Shown piece by piece: positions 36,235 through 45,836 of a DNA stretch of 64,000 nucleotides. Each line of letters begins with the position of its first letter. Positions within the stretch are counted from its first letter, which is position 1. Source of the stretch: Clostridiaceae bacterium BRH_c20a (lineage in GTDB: Bacteria; Bacillota; Peptococcia; Peptococcales; BICA1-8); the NCBI GenBank assembly GCA_000961765.1, contig LADT01000047.1:16172-80171 (forward strand), in the 5' to 3' direction. A program made the translations under genes and the position numbers. The notes under the pieces are model-generated. The model saw nothing but the letters and a program-made list of their open reading frames with translations, was not told the origin of the DNA and searched no databases.

Positions 36235-37578
36235 ATGATAATAGAGATTAATGATAAAAATATTAAGAGAATAAAGAATGTTAAACTTGCTTCTTATGCT
36301 GCTAGGTATTTGGATATTTATAATGATTATTTAAAACAAATTACCAGGACTGGGTTAAATATGGCAGCCCCCTATGATGCTCAATTTATAAAAAATAAAA
36401 AAAAGGCTTTAGTAAGTAAAGGAGCAATTAGTCGAAACAATGGTTATAGTCTATATGTCAATAGAATTTCTGAAGCCTGTGAAGCTTGTCAAAAGGGGAT
36501 TGGGGGTATAACTTTTTTCATAGATTTGAATTGTATCCGGAAATGCTTTTTTTGTTTTAATCCCAATCAAGAAAATTATAGCTACTTTCTTAAAAATAAA
36601 AGGGACTGTATATCCGAATTGAAAAGAATACACCACCAAGGAATGCTGATTAAGCATTTAGCTTTAACAGGCGGTGAACCTTTATTACATCCTGATGAAA
36701 CCATTGATTTTTTTAAAACTGCAAAAGCACTTTACCCAAAAGTATTTACTAGATTATATACCTGTGGAGATTTGATTAACAGAGATATCTTAAAAAGACT
36801 GAAAAATACTAAGCTGGACGAAATCCGGTTTAGCCTCAGAGTAGAGGATTCCCCGGAGGAAACTTCTAATGTTTTACAAAAAATTCAATCAGCTAAGGAG
36901 TACATTCCTAAGGTAATGGTCGAAATGCCGGTTATTCCAGGCAATTATTCTTTAATGGAGAATTTCTTAAGAGAGTTGGATAACATTGGAGTTTTTGGTA
37001 TTAACTTATTAGAATTTTGTTTTCCTTTTAATAACGCAGAAGAATTTTGCAAGAGAAAACTTAAGATTAAAAACCCACCCCATCATATTCTGTATAACTA
37101 TTGGTATGGCGGCGGACTGCCTGTTGCGGAAAGTGAGAAGGGTTGTTTGGAACTATTAGAGTTTGCGTTGGAAGAAAAACTGAAAGTAGGGGTTCACTAT
37201 TGTTCTTTGGAAAACAAACACACTGCCCAAATATTTCAACAAAATAAAAGGGCTAAATTGCCTCCCCATATTTACATGTCCAATAAAGACTATTTTCTAA
37301 AATCAGCCAAGGTTTTTGGAGACGACAGGCAAAAAGTTTTAGAAATTTTTAATAAAATTGGCTATCAGGATTATCTAATAAATGAGGGACATGAAAATAT
37401 TGAGTTTCATGTTGGAAAAATAAAATACTTGAAAGGCTTGGATATAGAGATCGGCATAGTAACAGGCATTATGGAGGAACGGGAGGACGGTCTGTATTTT
37501 AGAGAATTAAAAATAGACCTAGCCTACCCGCAAAACTTTGAAAAAACAAGGAACGGGGACACAACCGTTGAGCTTTAG
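36235..37578 (+). CDS. Radical SAM protein (COG2108-like, uncharacterised)
   Basis: CEACQKG, CxxxCxxC motif CIRKCFFC, LTGGEPLL, LDEIRF, VEMPVIP, VHYCS. Confidence 0.85.
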   Translation: MIIEINDKNIKRIKNVKLASYAARYLDIYNDYLKQITRTGLNMAAPYDAQFIKNKKKALVSKGAISRNNGYSLYVNRISEACEACQKGIGGITFFIDLNCIRKCFFCFNPNQENYSYFLKNKRDCISELKRIHHQGMLIKHLALTGGEPLLHPDETIDFFKTAKALYPKVFTRLYTCGDLINRDILKRLKNTKLDEIRFSLRVEDSPEETSNVLQKIQSAKEYIPKVMVEMPVIPGNYSLMENFLRELDNIGVFGINLLEFCFPFNNAEEFCKRKLKIKNPPHHILYNYWYGGGLPVAESEKGCLELLEFALEEKLKVGVHYCSLENKHTAQIFQQNKRAKLPPHIYMSNKDYFLKSAKVFGDDRQKVLEIFNKIGYQDYLINEGHENIEFHVGKIKYLKGLDIEIGIVTGIMEEREDGLYFRELKIDLAYPQNFEKTRNGDTTVEL

Positions 37579-37603
37579 TTATTCTTCAGTCGGGAATGTC
37601 CCC
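37555..37603. repeat. GGGGAC family element (copy D, inverted), overlapping the radical SAM stop codon
   Basis: GGGGACACAAC ... GGAATGTCCCC; encodes the last residues GDTTVEL-stop. Confidence 0.65.
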
Positions 37604-37618
37604 ATTTAATATCATTTT

Positions 37619-37659
37619 AAAAGCACTCTTGACTATTTAGTCAGGAGTGCTTTTGTTTT
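37619..37659 (+). terminator. Intrinsic terminator before the dms cluster
   Basis: AAGCACTCTTGACT-attt-AGTCAGGAGTGCTT then TTGTTTT. Confidence 0.8.
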
Positions 37660-37808
37660 GGAGTATTAGACAAAACATCCCTGACTATTTTCAGCTATTC
37701 CTACAAAGGTTTTTACAGAATGAAAAGATAACTGTTAATGTAACTAACAAGTGAAAGAAATAACGTAATATTAAAATTAAATTTGGAATAGGAGGTGAAA
37801 AAGAAAAC

Positions 37809-38534
37809 ATGCACATAGAAGGCAATAATTCATTAAAGCAATTGGAAGAAGAACTTATAATTAGAAAGAATATTTATAACTTTTTAGGTGCTTATTTTTA
37901 TAATCCGCAATCGGCAGAAGAATTAAAAAAACTTATTGAGGAGAATCCTTTTGAAGAATTGAAAAATATTCATTTAAATGAGTATTTTATGAAAGGTACA
38001 GATTTGTTGGAAGAGTTCTGTAAGAATAATTTGGAAACTGAACCACAGCAATTGAGTAAAAGGTTAAAAGAAGAATTTTACCGCTTATTTATTGGTCCTG
38101 AACGCTTAAAAGCTCCTCCATATGAGTCGGTTTATCTGGGTAAAGACAAAATAGTCTTTGATGTTCAAACCCTGCAGATTCGTGACTGCTATCGTTGCTG
38201 GGGATTGGAAGTAGAAAAAAAATATCAAGAACCTGATGACCATATCGGTATAGAACTACAGTTTATGAGTTATCTCATAGACCAAGCTGTATTATCCTTA
38301 AACGGCAAAAAGGAAACATTGTATGAGAATTTATTAGACCAGCAATATTTTTTAAGCCAGCATATCCTTGCTTTTGGACCGGATTTTTTCCAGTTAGTTA
38401 TCCATAATACCCAGGAAGACTTTTATCAAGGGTTAGCGTTTTTAGCCCATGGCTTTATAAAAGAAGACCTAAACTATCTTCGCCAATTACAAAAGGAATG
38501 GGAGCCGTATTTTAAAATGGCTCAAGCAATTTAA
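37809..38534 (+). CDS. dmsD: TorD/DmsD family redox enzyme maturation chaperone
   Basis: F.RLFIGP....APPYESVY, EPDDHIGIELQFM. Confidence 0.9.
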   Translation: MHIEGNNSLKQLEEELIIRKNIYNFLGAYFYNPQSAEELKKLIEENPFEELKNIHLNEYFMKGTDLLEEFCKNNLETEPQQLSKRLKEEFYRLFIGPERLKAPPYESVYLGKDKIVFDVQTLQIRDCYRCWGLEVEKKYQEPDDHIGIELQFMSYLIDQAVLSLNGKKETLYENLLDQQYFLSQHILAFGPDFFQLVIHNTQEDFYQGLAFLAHGFIKEDLNYLRQLQKEWEPYFKMAQAI

Positions 38535-38556
38535 ATTTAAAGGGGAGGTTGGCACT

Positions 38557-40935
38557 ATGTCTGAGTTTAACGGATTTAAAAAAGTTCTAAATAATCCTTT
38601 CTCGCGCCGCAGCTTTTTAAAGTTAAGTGCGGTAGCAGCAGGAACGACGGCTTTGGTCGGATGCAGCAGTAGTTTGAAAACTATCTCGGAAAATACTGTT
38701 GCAGCTGATGATGGTATTAAAATTATCCCAACTACAGGGCCAAACAATTGTGGTGGCCGTTGTGTAATAAAAGCCCATGTTAAAGACAATGTGATTATGC
38801 GGATAAGTACTGATACAGAGACAGATGACCCCCGCAATCCACAGATTAGAGCCTGTGTGCGGGGCCGCTCCTACAGAAAGTACTTTTTGAGTCCGGACAG
38901 ATTAAAATATCCGATGAAACGGGTAGGCAAAAGAGGAGAAGGTAAATTTGAAAGAATCACCTGGGAAGAAGCAGTAGAGACTATTGCCAGTGAAATAAAA
39001 CGAATAGGAAAAGAATATGGACCCGGATCAAGATATGTGAATTATGCCTGGGGGTATAATGCGCAAATACACCCCATGAATTTATCTAAAAGACTATTAG
39101 CCCTGGACGGAGGTTATTTGCAATTTTATAACACCTATAGTACTGCAGCTACCAGTTTTGCAACTCCTTATACCTATGGAACAGCTTCCACCGGCAATAC
39201 CCCCGATGATTGGGTAAATTCAAAACTCTTAATCCTGTGGGGTTTTAATCCTGCTGAGACAATACATGGTTCCCAAACAATGTATCGTTTAAGACAGGCT
39301 AAAGAAGCAGGTGCTAAGATCATTGTTGTTGACCCTAGGTATACTGATACGGCAGTAGGTTTTGCCGATGAGTGGATTCCATTACTTCCTACCACTGATA
39401 ATGCAGTTATGGATGCCATGGCTTATGTGATGATAACGGAAAATTTACATGACCAGGCATTTTTGGATAAATATTGTCTGGGCTTTGATGAGGAACATAT
39501 GCCCGAAGGTATTTATGCAGGTAATTCTTATAAAAGCTATGTTTTAGGTGAATCCGATGGAGTACCCAAAACCCCTGAATGGGCTGAAAAAATTTCTAAG
39601 GTCCCCGCCACTACGATTAGACATTTAGCTCGGGAATATGCCACTAATAAACCTGCTGCTTTAATTCAAGGCTGGGGTCCTCAGCGTCATGCCTATGGGG
39701 AACAGCCAGTACGTGGAGCAACTGTTTTGGCAGCCATGACAGGTAATGTGGGTATTTATGGGGGATGGGCATCAGGTGCCGGTTATGCCGGCAGACAACG
39801 GATAGGTAGTATTCCGATTGGTGAAAACCCTGTAAAGGCTAAGATTTCATGTTTTTTGTGGACCGATGCTATTGTTCGAGGAACGGAAATGGGTGCAAAA
39901 GACGGAGTGCAAGGAGCAGACCGCTTGCCTGCTAACATTAAATTAATTATGAATACGGCTGGAAACACTTTAATAAACCAACATTCCGATATTAATAAAA
40001 CTGCTGAAATTCTTCAGGATGAATCTTTGGTAGAATTTATAGTTTGCAGTGACCTATTTATGAGTCCCAGTGCCAAATTTGCCGATATTCTTCTCCCGGG
40101 CAACTCTTTCTTTGAAAGAAACAATATCGGTACTCCCTGGGGTTATGGTGATTATGTAATGTATGCTAACAAAGTAATTGATAATTTGTATGAAAGCAGA
40201 AGTGAGTATGATTGGCTGGTGGAGGTAGCGGATAAGCTGGGCTTCAAGGATAAATTTACTATGGGTAATGAAACAGAGGAAGACTGGTGCCGCTATGTTG
40301 TTGCAAAAACCCAAGAAAACCATCCGGAATTCCCTTCTTATGACGAGTTTAAAAAACGGGGGGTATATAAGTGGTTTTATGATAAACCTTATGTAGCTTT
40401 TAAAAAACAAATTGAAGATCCGGAAAACAACCCGTTCCCAACACCATCAGGAAAAATAGAAATATTTTCTCAACGGCTTTATGAGATGAATGAACCCAAA
40501 GAAATTCCCGCCGTACCCAAGTATATTTCCAGCTGGGAAGGCCCGGAAGATCCACTTACGGAAAAATATCCTTTACAGTGTATCGGCTGGCATTATAAAA
40601 GGAGGTCCCATTCAACCCATGATAATAACCCCTGGATGGAAGAAGCAGCGAGACAGGAAATGTGGATGAACCCGGAAGATGCAAAGGCCCGGGGAATTAA
40701 AACAGGGGATAAAGCCAAAGTCTTTAATGACAGAGGTACGACTATCATTCCTGTTTTAGTAACTTCCAGAATTATGCCCGGAGTAGTTGCAATACCACAA
40801 GGAGGATGGTATCAACCCAATGAAAAAGGCGAGGATATCAGAGGCAGTATAAATGTTTTAACTTCTCTCAGGCCTACTCCTTTGGCTAAAGGCAATCCGC
40901 AGCATACAAACTTGGTTGAAGTTATAAAGCAATAA
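38557..40935 (+). CDS. dmsA: DMSO-reductase-family catalytic subunit, Tat-exported (copy 1)
   Basis: SRRSFLK Tat motif, NNCGGRC...RACVRGRS, RLKYPMKR, YNTYSTA (Ser ligand), PTTDNA, TPSGKIEI, KGNPQHTNLV. Confidence 0.88.
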   Translation: MSEFNGFKKVLNNPFSRRSFLKLSAVAAGTTALVGCSSSLKTISENTVAADDGIKIIPTTGPNNCGGRCVIKAHVKDNVIMRISTDTETDDPRNPQIRACVRGRSYRKYFLSPDRLKYPMKRVGKRGEGKFERITWEEAVETIASEIKRIGKEYGPGSRYVNYAWGYNAQIHPMNLSKRLLALDGGYLQFYNTYSTAATSFATPYTYGTASTGNTPDDWVNSKLLILWGFNPAETIHGSQTMYRLRQAKEAGAKIIVVDPRYTDTAVGFADEWIPLLPTTDNAVMDAMAYVMITENLHDQAFLDKYCLGFDEEHMPEGIYAGNSYKSYVLGESDGVPKTPEWAEKISKVPATTIRHLAREYATNKPAALIQGWGPQRHAYGEQPVRGATVLAAMTGNVGIYGGWASGAGYAGRQRIGSIPIGENPVKAKISCFLWTDAIVRGTEMGAKDGVQGADRLPANIKLIMNTAGNTLINQHSDINKTAEILQDESLVEFIVCSDLFMSPSAKFADILLPGNSFFERNNIGTPWGYGDYVMYANKVIDNLYESRSEYDWLVEVADKLGFKDKFTMGNETEEDWCRYVVAKTQENHPEFPSYDEFKKRGVYKWFYDKPYVAFKKQIEDPENNPFPTPSGKIEIFSQRLYEMNEPKEIPAVPKYISSWEGPEDPLTEKYPLQCIGWHYKRRSHSTHDNNPWMEEAARQEMWMNPEDAKARGIKTGDKAKVFNDRGTTIIPVLVTSRIMPGVVAIPQGGWYQPNEKGEDIRGSINVLTSLRPTPLAKGNPQHTNLVEVIKQ

Positions 40936-40948
40936 GGGAGGGATAATT

Positions 40949-41539
40949 ATGGCTCAAAAAGGTTTCTATATTAATCAACAGTTCTGTGTTGGTTGTAAGG
41001 CATGTCAGATTGCCTGCAAAGATAAAAACGATTTAGAAGTAGGTCAGCTCTGGCGGAAAGTGGAAGAGGTTTCCGATGGGTATTATGTCAAACGGGGGGA
41101 AGGCTACGAACCTAATGTTTATGCCTATTGGATTAGTATGGCTTGCAACCATTGTGAAAATCCCAAATGTGTAATCAATTGTCCAACAGGTGCATTATAT
41201 AAAAGAGAAGAAGATGGTTTGGTTTTGTTTGATGAAGGTAAATGCATCGGTTGTCGGTATTGTATTTGGTCTTGCCCGTACGATGCCCCCCAATACAATG
41301 AGAAAAAGGGGAAAATTGGCAAATGCAACTATTGTGTAGATTTGGTGGAGAAGGGAGAGGACCCGGCCTGTGTTGCATCCTGTCCGGTACGGGTCTTAGA
41401 AGCCGGGGACATCGAGGAATTAAGAAAAAAATATAAAGGTACCGACCAAGTGGCAGGAATGGCAGACCCTAAGATAACAAAACCTTCGATTACCATAACG
41501 CCTCATAAAAATGCTTTGGGAAATAGGAGAGGGGGTTAA
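40949..41539 (+). CDS. dmsB: DMSO reductase Fe-S subunit (copy 1)
   Basis: CVGCKACQIACKDKNDL, CNHCENPKCVINCP, CIGCRYCIWSCPY, KCNYC...CVASCP. Confidence 0.9.
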   Translation: MAQKGFYINQQFCVGCKACQIACKDKNDLEVGQLWRKVEEVSDGYYVKRGEGYEPNVYAYWISMACNHCENPKCVINCPTGALYKREEDGLVLFDEGKCIGCRYCIWSCPYDAPQYNEKKGKIGKCNYCVDLVEKGEDPACVASCPVRVLEAGDIEELRKKYKGTDQVAGMADPKITKPSITITPHKNALGNRRGG

Positions 41540-41542
41540 AGT

Positions 41543-42415
41543 ATGCAAAATGAATGGCCATTAATTATCTTTACTCTATTAATTCAAGGGTCTGTGGGTG
41601 TTAGTCTGGTTCTTTTATTAATCTACAAAAAAATAGGTAAAAACAAGGGTATTGAAAAAATAATCGGTCAAGGGTTTATTTATGCCGGCTTACTAGGTGT
41701 TTTAGGTCTGGCAGCTTCCTTTGTCCACCTAGGTTCTCCCGGTAATGCCATGAATGCTATTTTACGACTTGGCAGTTCTTGGATGAGTAGAGAGATAATT
41801 TTTACGAGTATATTTATTGGCTTAATTATTTTAGCCAGCTTAGTATATTGGAAAAATACCATTAAAAATAGTGTTATCTTAGGTTGGGTTGCTGTAGTTT
41901 TTGGTCTGTTAGCAATTTACGCTATGGCTAAAGTATATATGGTTACTATAATCCCTGCTTGGAATCACATTAATACTTTATTTGCCTTTTATGGAACAAC
42001 TTTCTTATTAGGGGCTCTCCTAGCGGCTAGTTTATTAGTTGTTCAGGGAAAAGATATGCAGGAATTGGTGAGAGATGGTTTGAAAATTGCTTTTGGTACA
42101 GTAATATTGGCCCTAGCTTTACAAATAGTAATACTGCCCCTTTATCTAACAACCTTAGCTGCCGGTGATGTTTTTGCTCAAACTACCGGTCAAATTCTTA
42201 GTACTACTTATTCCACATTATTAGTAATAAGATGGTTGTTAGTATTAGTTGGTGGAGCAGTCTTAGCAGCATTAATCTGGGTAAAATTAAATACCAAGGA
42301 AGCCGGTATTCCCCAAAATATCATTTATTCAAGCTTTATTATGGTATTCGTAGCTGAAGTAATTGGCAGATATTTGTTTTATGCATCAGCTGTACCTATT
42401 ACCTTAGGATTTTAA
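41543..42415 (+). CDS. dmsC: DMSO reductase membrane anchor (copy 1)
   Basis: EWPLIIFT, SFVHLGSP.NA.NA, SWMSREI, EVIGRYLFY. Confidence 0.9.
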   Translation: MQNEWPLIIFTLLIQGSVGVSLVLLLIYKKIGKNKGIEKIIGQGFIYAGLLGVLGLAASFVHLGSPGNAMNAILRLGSSWMSREIIFTSIFIGLIILASLVYWKNTIKNSVILGWVAVVFGLLAIYAMAKVYMVTIIPAWNHINTLFAFYGTTFLLGALLAASLLVVQGKDMQELVRDGLKIAFGTVILALALQIVILPLYLTTLAAGDVFAQTTGQILSTTYSTLLVIRWLLVLVGGAVLAALIWVKLNTKEAGIPQNIIYSSFIMVFVAEVIGRYLFYASAVPITLGF

Positions 42416-42511
42416 ATAAGTATATTTTGCTCCACTTATTATTGTGGCCTGGGAAAAATAAAACCCAAAATTTTGCTTTAAGCCACTGGGTACTAGACAC
42501 TGAGCACAGGG

Positions 42512-42539
42512 CACAAAAACGCCGCAAGGCGTTTTTGTG
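42512..42539 (+). terminator. Hairpin terminator between the two dms units
   Basis: CACAAAAACGCC-GCAA-GGCGTTTTTGTG perfect 12-bp stem. Confidence 0.7.
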
Positions 42540-42634
42540 TGATATGTTCAAACAAACAAAAAAGCCAAGCAAATCCTTGTTTGCTTCTACAAAGGATTTA
42601 AGTATAAAAAAATCTAATCTTATATTTATTAAGA

Positions 42635-42652
42635 ATGTAAAAAAATTCACAA
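42635..42652. promoter_or_regulatory. Putative Rex operator upstream of dmsA copy 2
   Basis: ATGTAAA-AAAA-TTCACAA matches TTGTGAA-N4-TTCACAA at 12 of 14 positions. Confidence 0.4.
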
Positions 42653-42687
42653 AACCTATTAATTATATTTCTGGAGGTGGATGAGGA

Positions 42688-45261
42688 TTGAAAGGCTTTA
42701 TTGAAAAGGCCCTTAATTATCAACTGGAAAGACGTACATTTTTAAAAGCAAGTGCTGCTACAGTTGCCGGGTTGACTTTAACGGGTTGTAGTGGTGGATT
42801 ACAGGCAGTTTCCGATGCTGTAGCAAAAGATATAGCTTCGAAAGAAGAAGAATGGATTACCGCAGCGTGTTGGCACAACTGTGGAGGACGTTGTCTAAAC
42901 AAGGCTTTAGTGGTTGATGGTGTGGTAGTAAGGCAAAAAACCGATGACACCCATGAGGATTCTCCCGATTATCCTCAACAAAGGGGCTGTGCTCGGGGTA
43001 GGTCCCAACGCAAACAGGTTTTTGGGGTAGATCGCTTAAAGTATCCAATGAAGCGGAAAAATTGGGCGCCTGGTGGGGGTGACAAAGAGCTTAGGGGAAA
43101 AGATCAATGGGTACGTATTAGCTGGGATGAGGCATTAGATATTGTAGCTAAAGAATTTATACGAATTAAAGAAAAATATGGAAATCGTGCCTTTTTTCAG
43201 GGCGGTGGTGGCGAGATAGCTAGGACTATGGGCTTACTTGGCGGTTATGTCAGTAACTGGGGTACTACCTCCTGGGGTTCTTGGAGATGGGGACCTGAAA
43301 AGTTTGGCATGGCCGAGGGCTTTTTTGCCCACAGTATTAATGACAGAATTGATTTAAGAAATTCCGAATTAATAGTAATTTGGGGAGCTAACCCAGCTTG
43401 GAGCGCCGGAGGAAGCCCAACGTATCATTACCTGCAGGCTAAAAAAGCGGGAGCAAGATTTGTTGTAATAGATCCCTCCTTTACTGATACGTCAGAAATC
43501 TTAGAGGCAGAGTGGATTCCCATTAGACCTGGTACTGATCATGCTATGCTTCTAGGAATGGCGTATACCTTAATTACGGAGGATGATCCTGTAAAAAATC
43601 CTTTGATTGATTGGGAATTTTTAAACAAATGTGTAGTAGGTTTTGACGCTGAGCATATGCCTGAAGGGGCTAATCCCGAGGATAACTTGAAGGATTATAT
43701 TCTTGGAACCTATGATGGCATACCAAAAACTCCTGAATGGGCATCAGAAATCTGTGGGGTTGAGGTACGTGCAATTCGCAAATTAGCTAGAGAAATTGGT
43801 TATACAAAGAGAGCAGCTCTATTTACAGGATGGGCTCCAGGTAGAACTCATAGCTCTGATTCTATGCCGCAAATGTTTATGGCACTTGGAGCTATGACAG
43901 GACAAATGGGCTTAAGTGGAAAAATGACAGGGGTAAGCTGTCACTTTGGTACAGCTAATGGTGGACCGAGATTGGTTACTAACGGAGGTAATGGTGTACC
44001 TGGGATTAAGAATCCAGTTTCTGATACCCTAAATCATGCCCAAATGTGGGATGCTATTCTAACAGGTAAATATACCGCCGGTTATAACGACGTGAGGGAT
44101 ATCAATATTCAACTAATATATCATGGTGGAAATGCTGTCTTACAAACCCGTGAAGGCATGACAAAGGGTATAGAGGCTCATCGTAAAGTAGAATTTGTAG
44201 TTTCCAATTCCCATTTCCTCACAACTAACTCTAAGTATGCAGATGTGGTATTACCTGCTACTACTGAGTGGGAGAGAGAAGGTGGCTTCCTAACTGGAAA
44301 TAGAGAAATCTTAATCTTTTATACAAAAATAACTGAGCCTTTATATGAAGCTAAAGATGATATCTGGATTGCTAAAGAGCTTGCAGCAAAGCTTGGGTTA
44401 GATGCTGATGCAGTGGATCCCATTTCCGCAAAACAAAAGCTATTTAATCAATTGGCAGGAGCAACGATAATTAAAGAAAATGGAAATGGTATGGAGAAGT
44501 TGGTAACAATTACTTCTTCAGATATTGCTCAATGGGGAGTAAAAGGTGAACCACAGCATGGAAGAATTACCCTGAAAGAATTTAAAGAAAAAGGTATGTA
44601 CCAAGTACCAAGAAAGCCTAAGGATAATTATGGCTTTATTGCTTATGAACAATTTAGGAAAGACCCAGCAGCTAATCCATTGAATACAGAAACAGGGAAG
44701 TTGGAAATATATTGTAAGGGATTAATGGAATTAATTAAGAGTAAAGGCTTTACAGAAATCAAGCCTATTCCTACGTACAATCCTCCTGTTAAAGGTTATG
44801 AAGCTACTTTTTCCGATTGGGAAAAGAAGGTCAAGGGGGAGTACCCTCTACAGGTTATAAATCCTCACTATATGAGAAGATCTCATTCAATTTTTGATAA
44901 TATTTCTTGGTTAAGAGAGGCTTTTCCTAATCCCGTTTTCGTAAGTGTGAAGGATGCTAAAGAGCGCGGAATCAAGCATGGTGAGACTGTTTTAATAACC
45001 AGTGAGTATGGAAAAACCTTAAGGATGGCATACCTTACAGAAACACTGATGCCGGGGATAGTAGGATTACCTCATGGAGCATGGGCGGAGATTGATGAAA
45101 AGACCGGAATCGATAAAGCCGGAGCTGATAATGTCTTGACAGGTCAGATTCCAACCGGGCAGGGTATTTCAGGCTGGAATACTTGTATCTGTCAGGTTGA
45201 AAAATGGACTGGGGAATCGTTAACTCCAGACCACAAATGGCCCCAGAGAATAATATTTTAA
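42688..45261 (+). CDS. dmsA: DMSO-reductase-family catalytic subunit, Tat-exported (copy 2)
   Basis: ERRTFLK Tat motif, CWHNCGGRC...RGCARGRS, RLKYPMKR, GTTSWG (candidate Ser ligand), PGTDHA, TETGKLEI. Confidence 0.85.
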   Translation: MKGFIEKALNYQLERRTFLKASAATVAGLTLTGCSGGLQAVSDAVAKDIASKEEEWITAACWHNCGGRCLNKALVVDGVVVRQKTDDTHEDSPDYPQQRGCARGRSQRKQVFGVDRLKYPMKRKNWAPGGGDKELRGKDQWVRISWDEALDIVAKEFIRIKEKYGNRAFFQGGGGEIARTMGLLGGYVSNWGTTSWGSWRWGPEKFGMAEGFFAHSINDRIDLRNSELIVIWGANPAWSAGGSPTYHYLQAKKAGARFVVIDPSFTDTSEILEAEWIPIRPGTDHAMLLGMAYTLITEDDPVKNPLIDWEFLNKCVVGFDAEHMPEGANPEDNLKDYILGTYDGIPKTPEWASEICGVEVRAIRKLAREIGYTKRAALFTGWAPGRTHSSDSMPQMFMALGAMTGQMGLSGKMTGVSCHFGTANGGPRLVTNGGNGVPGIKNPVSDTLNHAQMWDAILTGKYTAGYNDVRDINIQLIYHGGNAVLQTREGMTKGIEAHRKVEFVVSNSHFLTTNSKYADVVLPATTEWEREGGFLTGNREILIFYTKITEPLYEAKDDIWIAKELAAKLGLDADAVDPISAKQKLFNQLAGATIIKENGNGMEKLVTITSSDIAQWGVKGEPQHGRITLKEFKEKGMYQVPRKPKDNYGFIAYEQFRKDPAANPLNTETGKLEIYCKGLMELIKSKGFTEIKPIPTYNPPVKGYEATFSDWEKKVKGEYPLQVINPHYMRRSHSIFDNISWLREAFPNPVFVSVKDAKERGIKHGETVLITSEYGKTLRMAYLTETLMPGIVGLPHGAWAEIDEKTGIDKAGADNVLTGQIPTGQGISGWNTCICQVEKWTGESLTPDHKWPQRIIF

Positions 45262-45277
45262 GGAGGTGGGATAGGAA

Positions 45278-45832
45278 ATGACACAAAAAGGATTTTACTT
45301 TGATATGACAGCGTGCATAGGCTGTAAAACATGCCAGATAGCCTGTAAAGATAAAAATGATTTAAAGGTAGGAGTACTTTACAGAAAAGTCAGCTCCTTT
45401 GAAGGAGGAAAATTCCCCAAGCCCTGGATGTATCACCTATCCATGAGCTGTAACCATTGTGCCAAACCAAAATGTGTGGAAAACTGTCCCACAGGTGCTC
45501 TTTATAAAAGAGCAGACGGTATAGTAGCTCAGGATATAGAAAAATGTATTGGCTGTAAATACTGCATCTGGTCTTGCCCCTATGGAGCCCCTCAATATAA
45601 AGAAGACCAAGGCAAAGTAGGTAAATGTGATATGTGTGCAGATTTACTGGACAAGGGAGAAAATCCAGCCTGTGTAGATGCTTGTGTCATGAGAGTAATA
45701 CAATATGGAGAACTAGACGAATTGAAGCAAAAATATCAAGGGACACAAGACCTAGCAGTTCTACCAGAATCAAACATCACTAAGCCATCGGTACTTATCA
45801 ATGCCAAGCCTGTGGCAGAAAAGGGGGCGTAG
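45278..45832 (+). CDS. dmsB: DMSO reductase Fe-S subunit (copy 2)
   Basis: CIGCKTCQIACKDKNDL, CNHCAKPKCVENCP, CIGCKYCIWSCPY, KCDMC. Confidence 0.9.
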   Translation: MTQKGFYFDMTACIGCKTCQIACKDKNDLKVGVLYRKVSSFEGGKFPKPWMYHLSMSCNHCAKPKCVENCPTGALYKRADGIVAQDIEKCIGCKYCIWSCPYGAPQYKEDQGKVGKCDMCADLLDKGENPACVDACVMRVIQYGELDELKQKYQGTQDLAVLPESNITKPSVLINAKPVAEKGA

Positions 45833-45836
45833 GAAA

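Noticed and set aside
37732-37750. Rex-like site CTGTTAA-N5-CTAACAA upstream of dmsD1
   Set aside because: The spacer is 5 rather than 4 nt in very AT-rich DNA; too weak to call.
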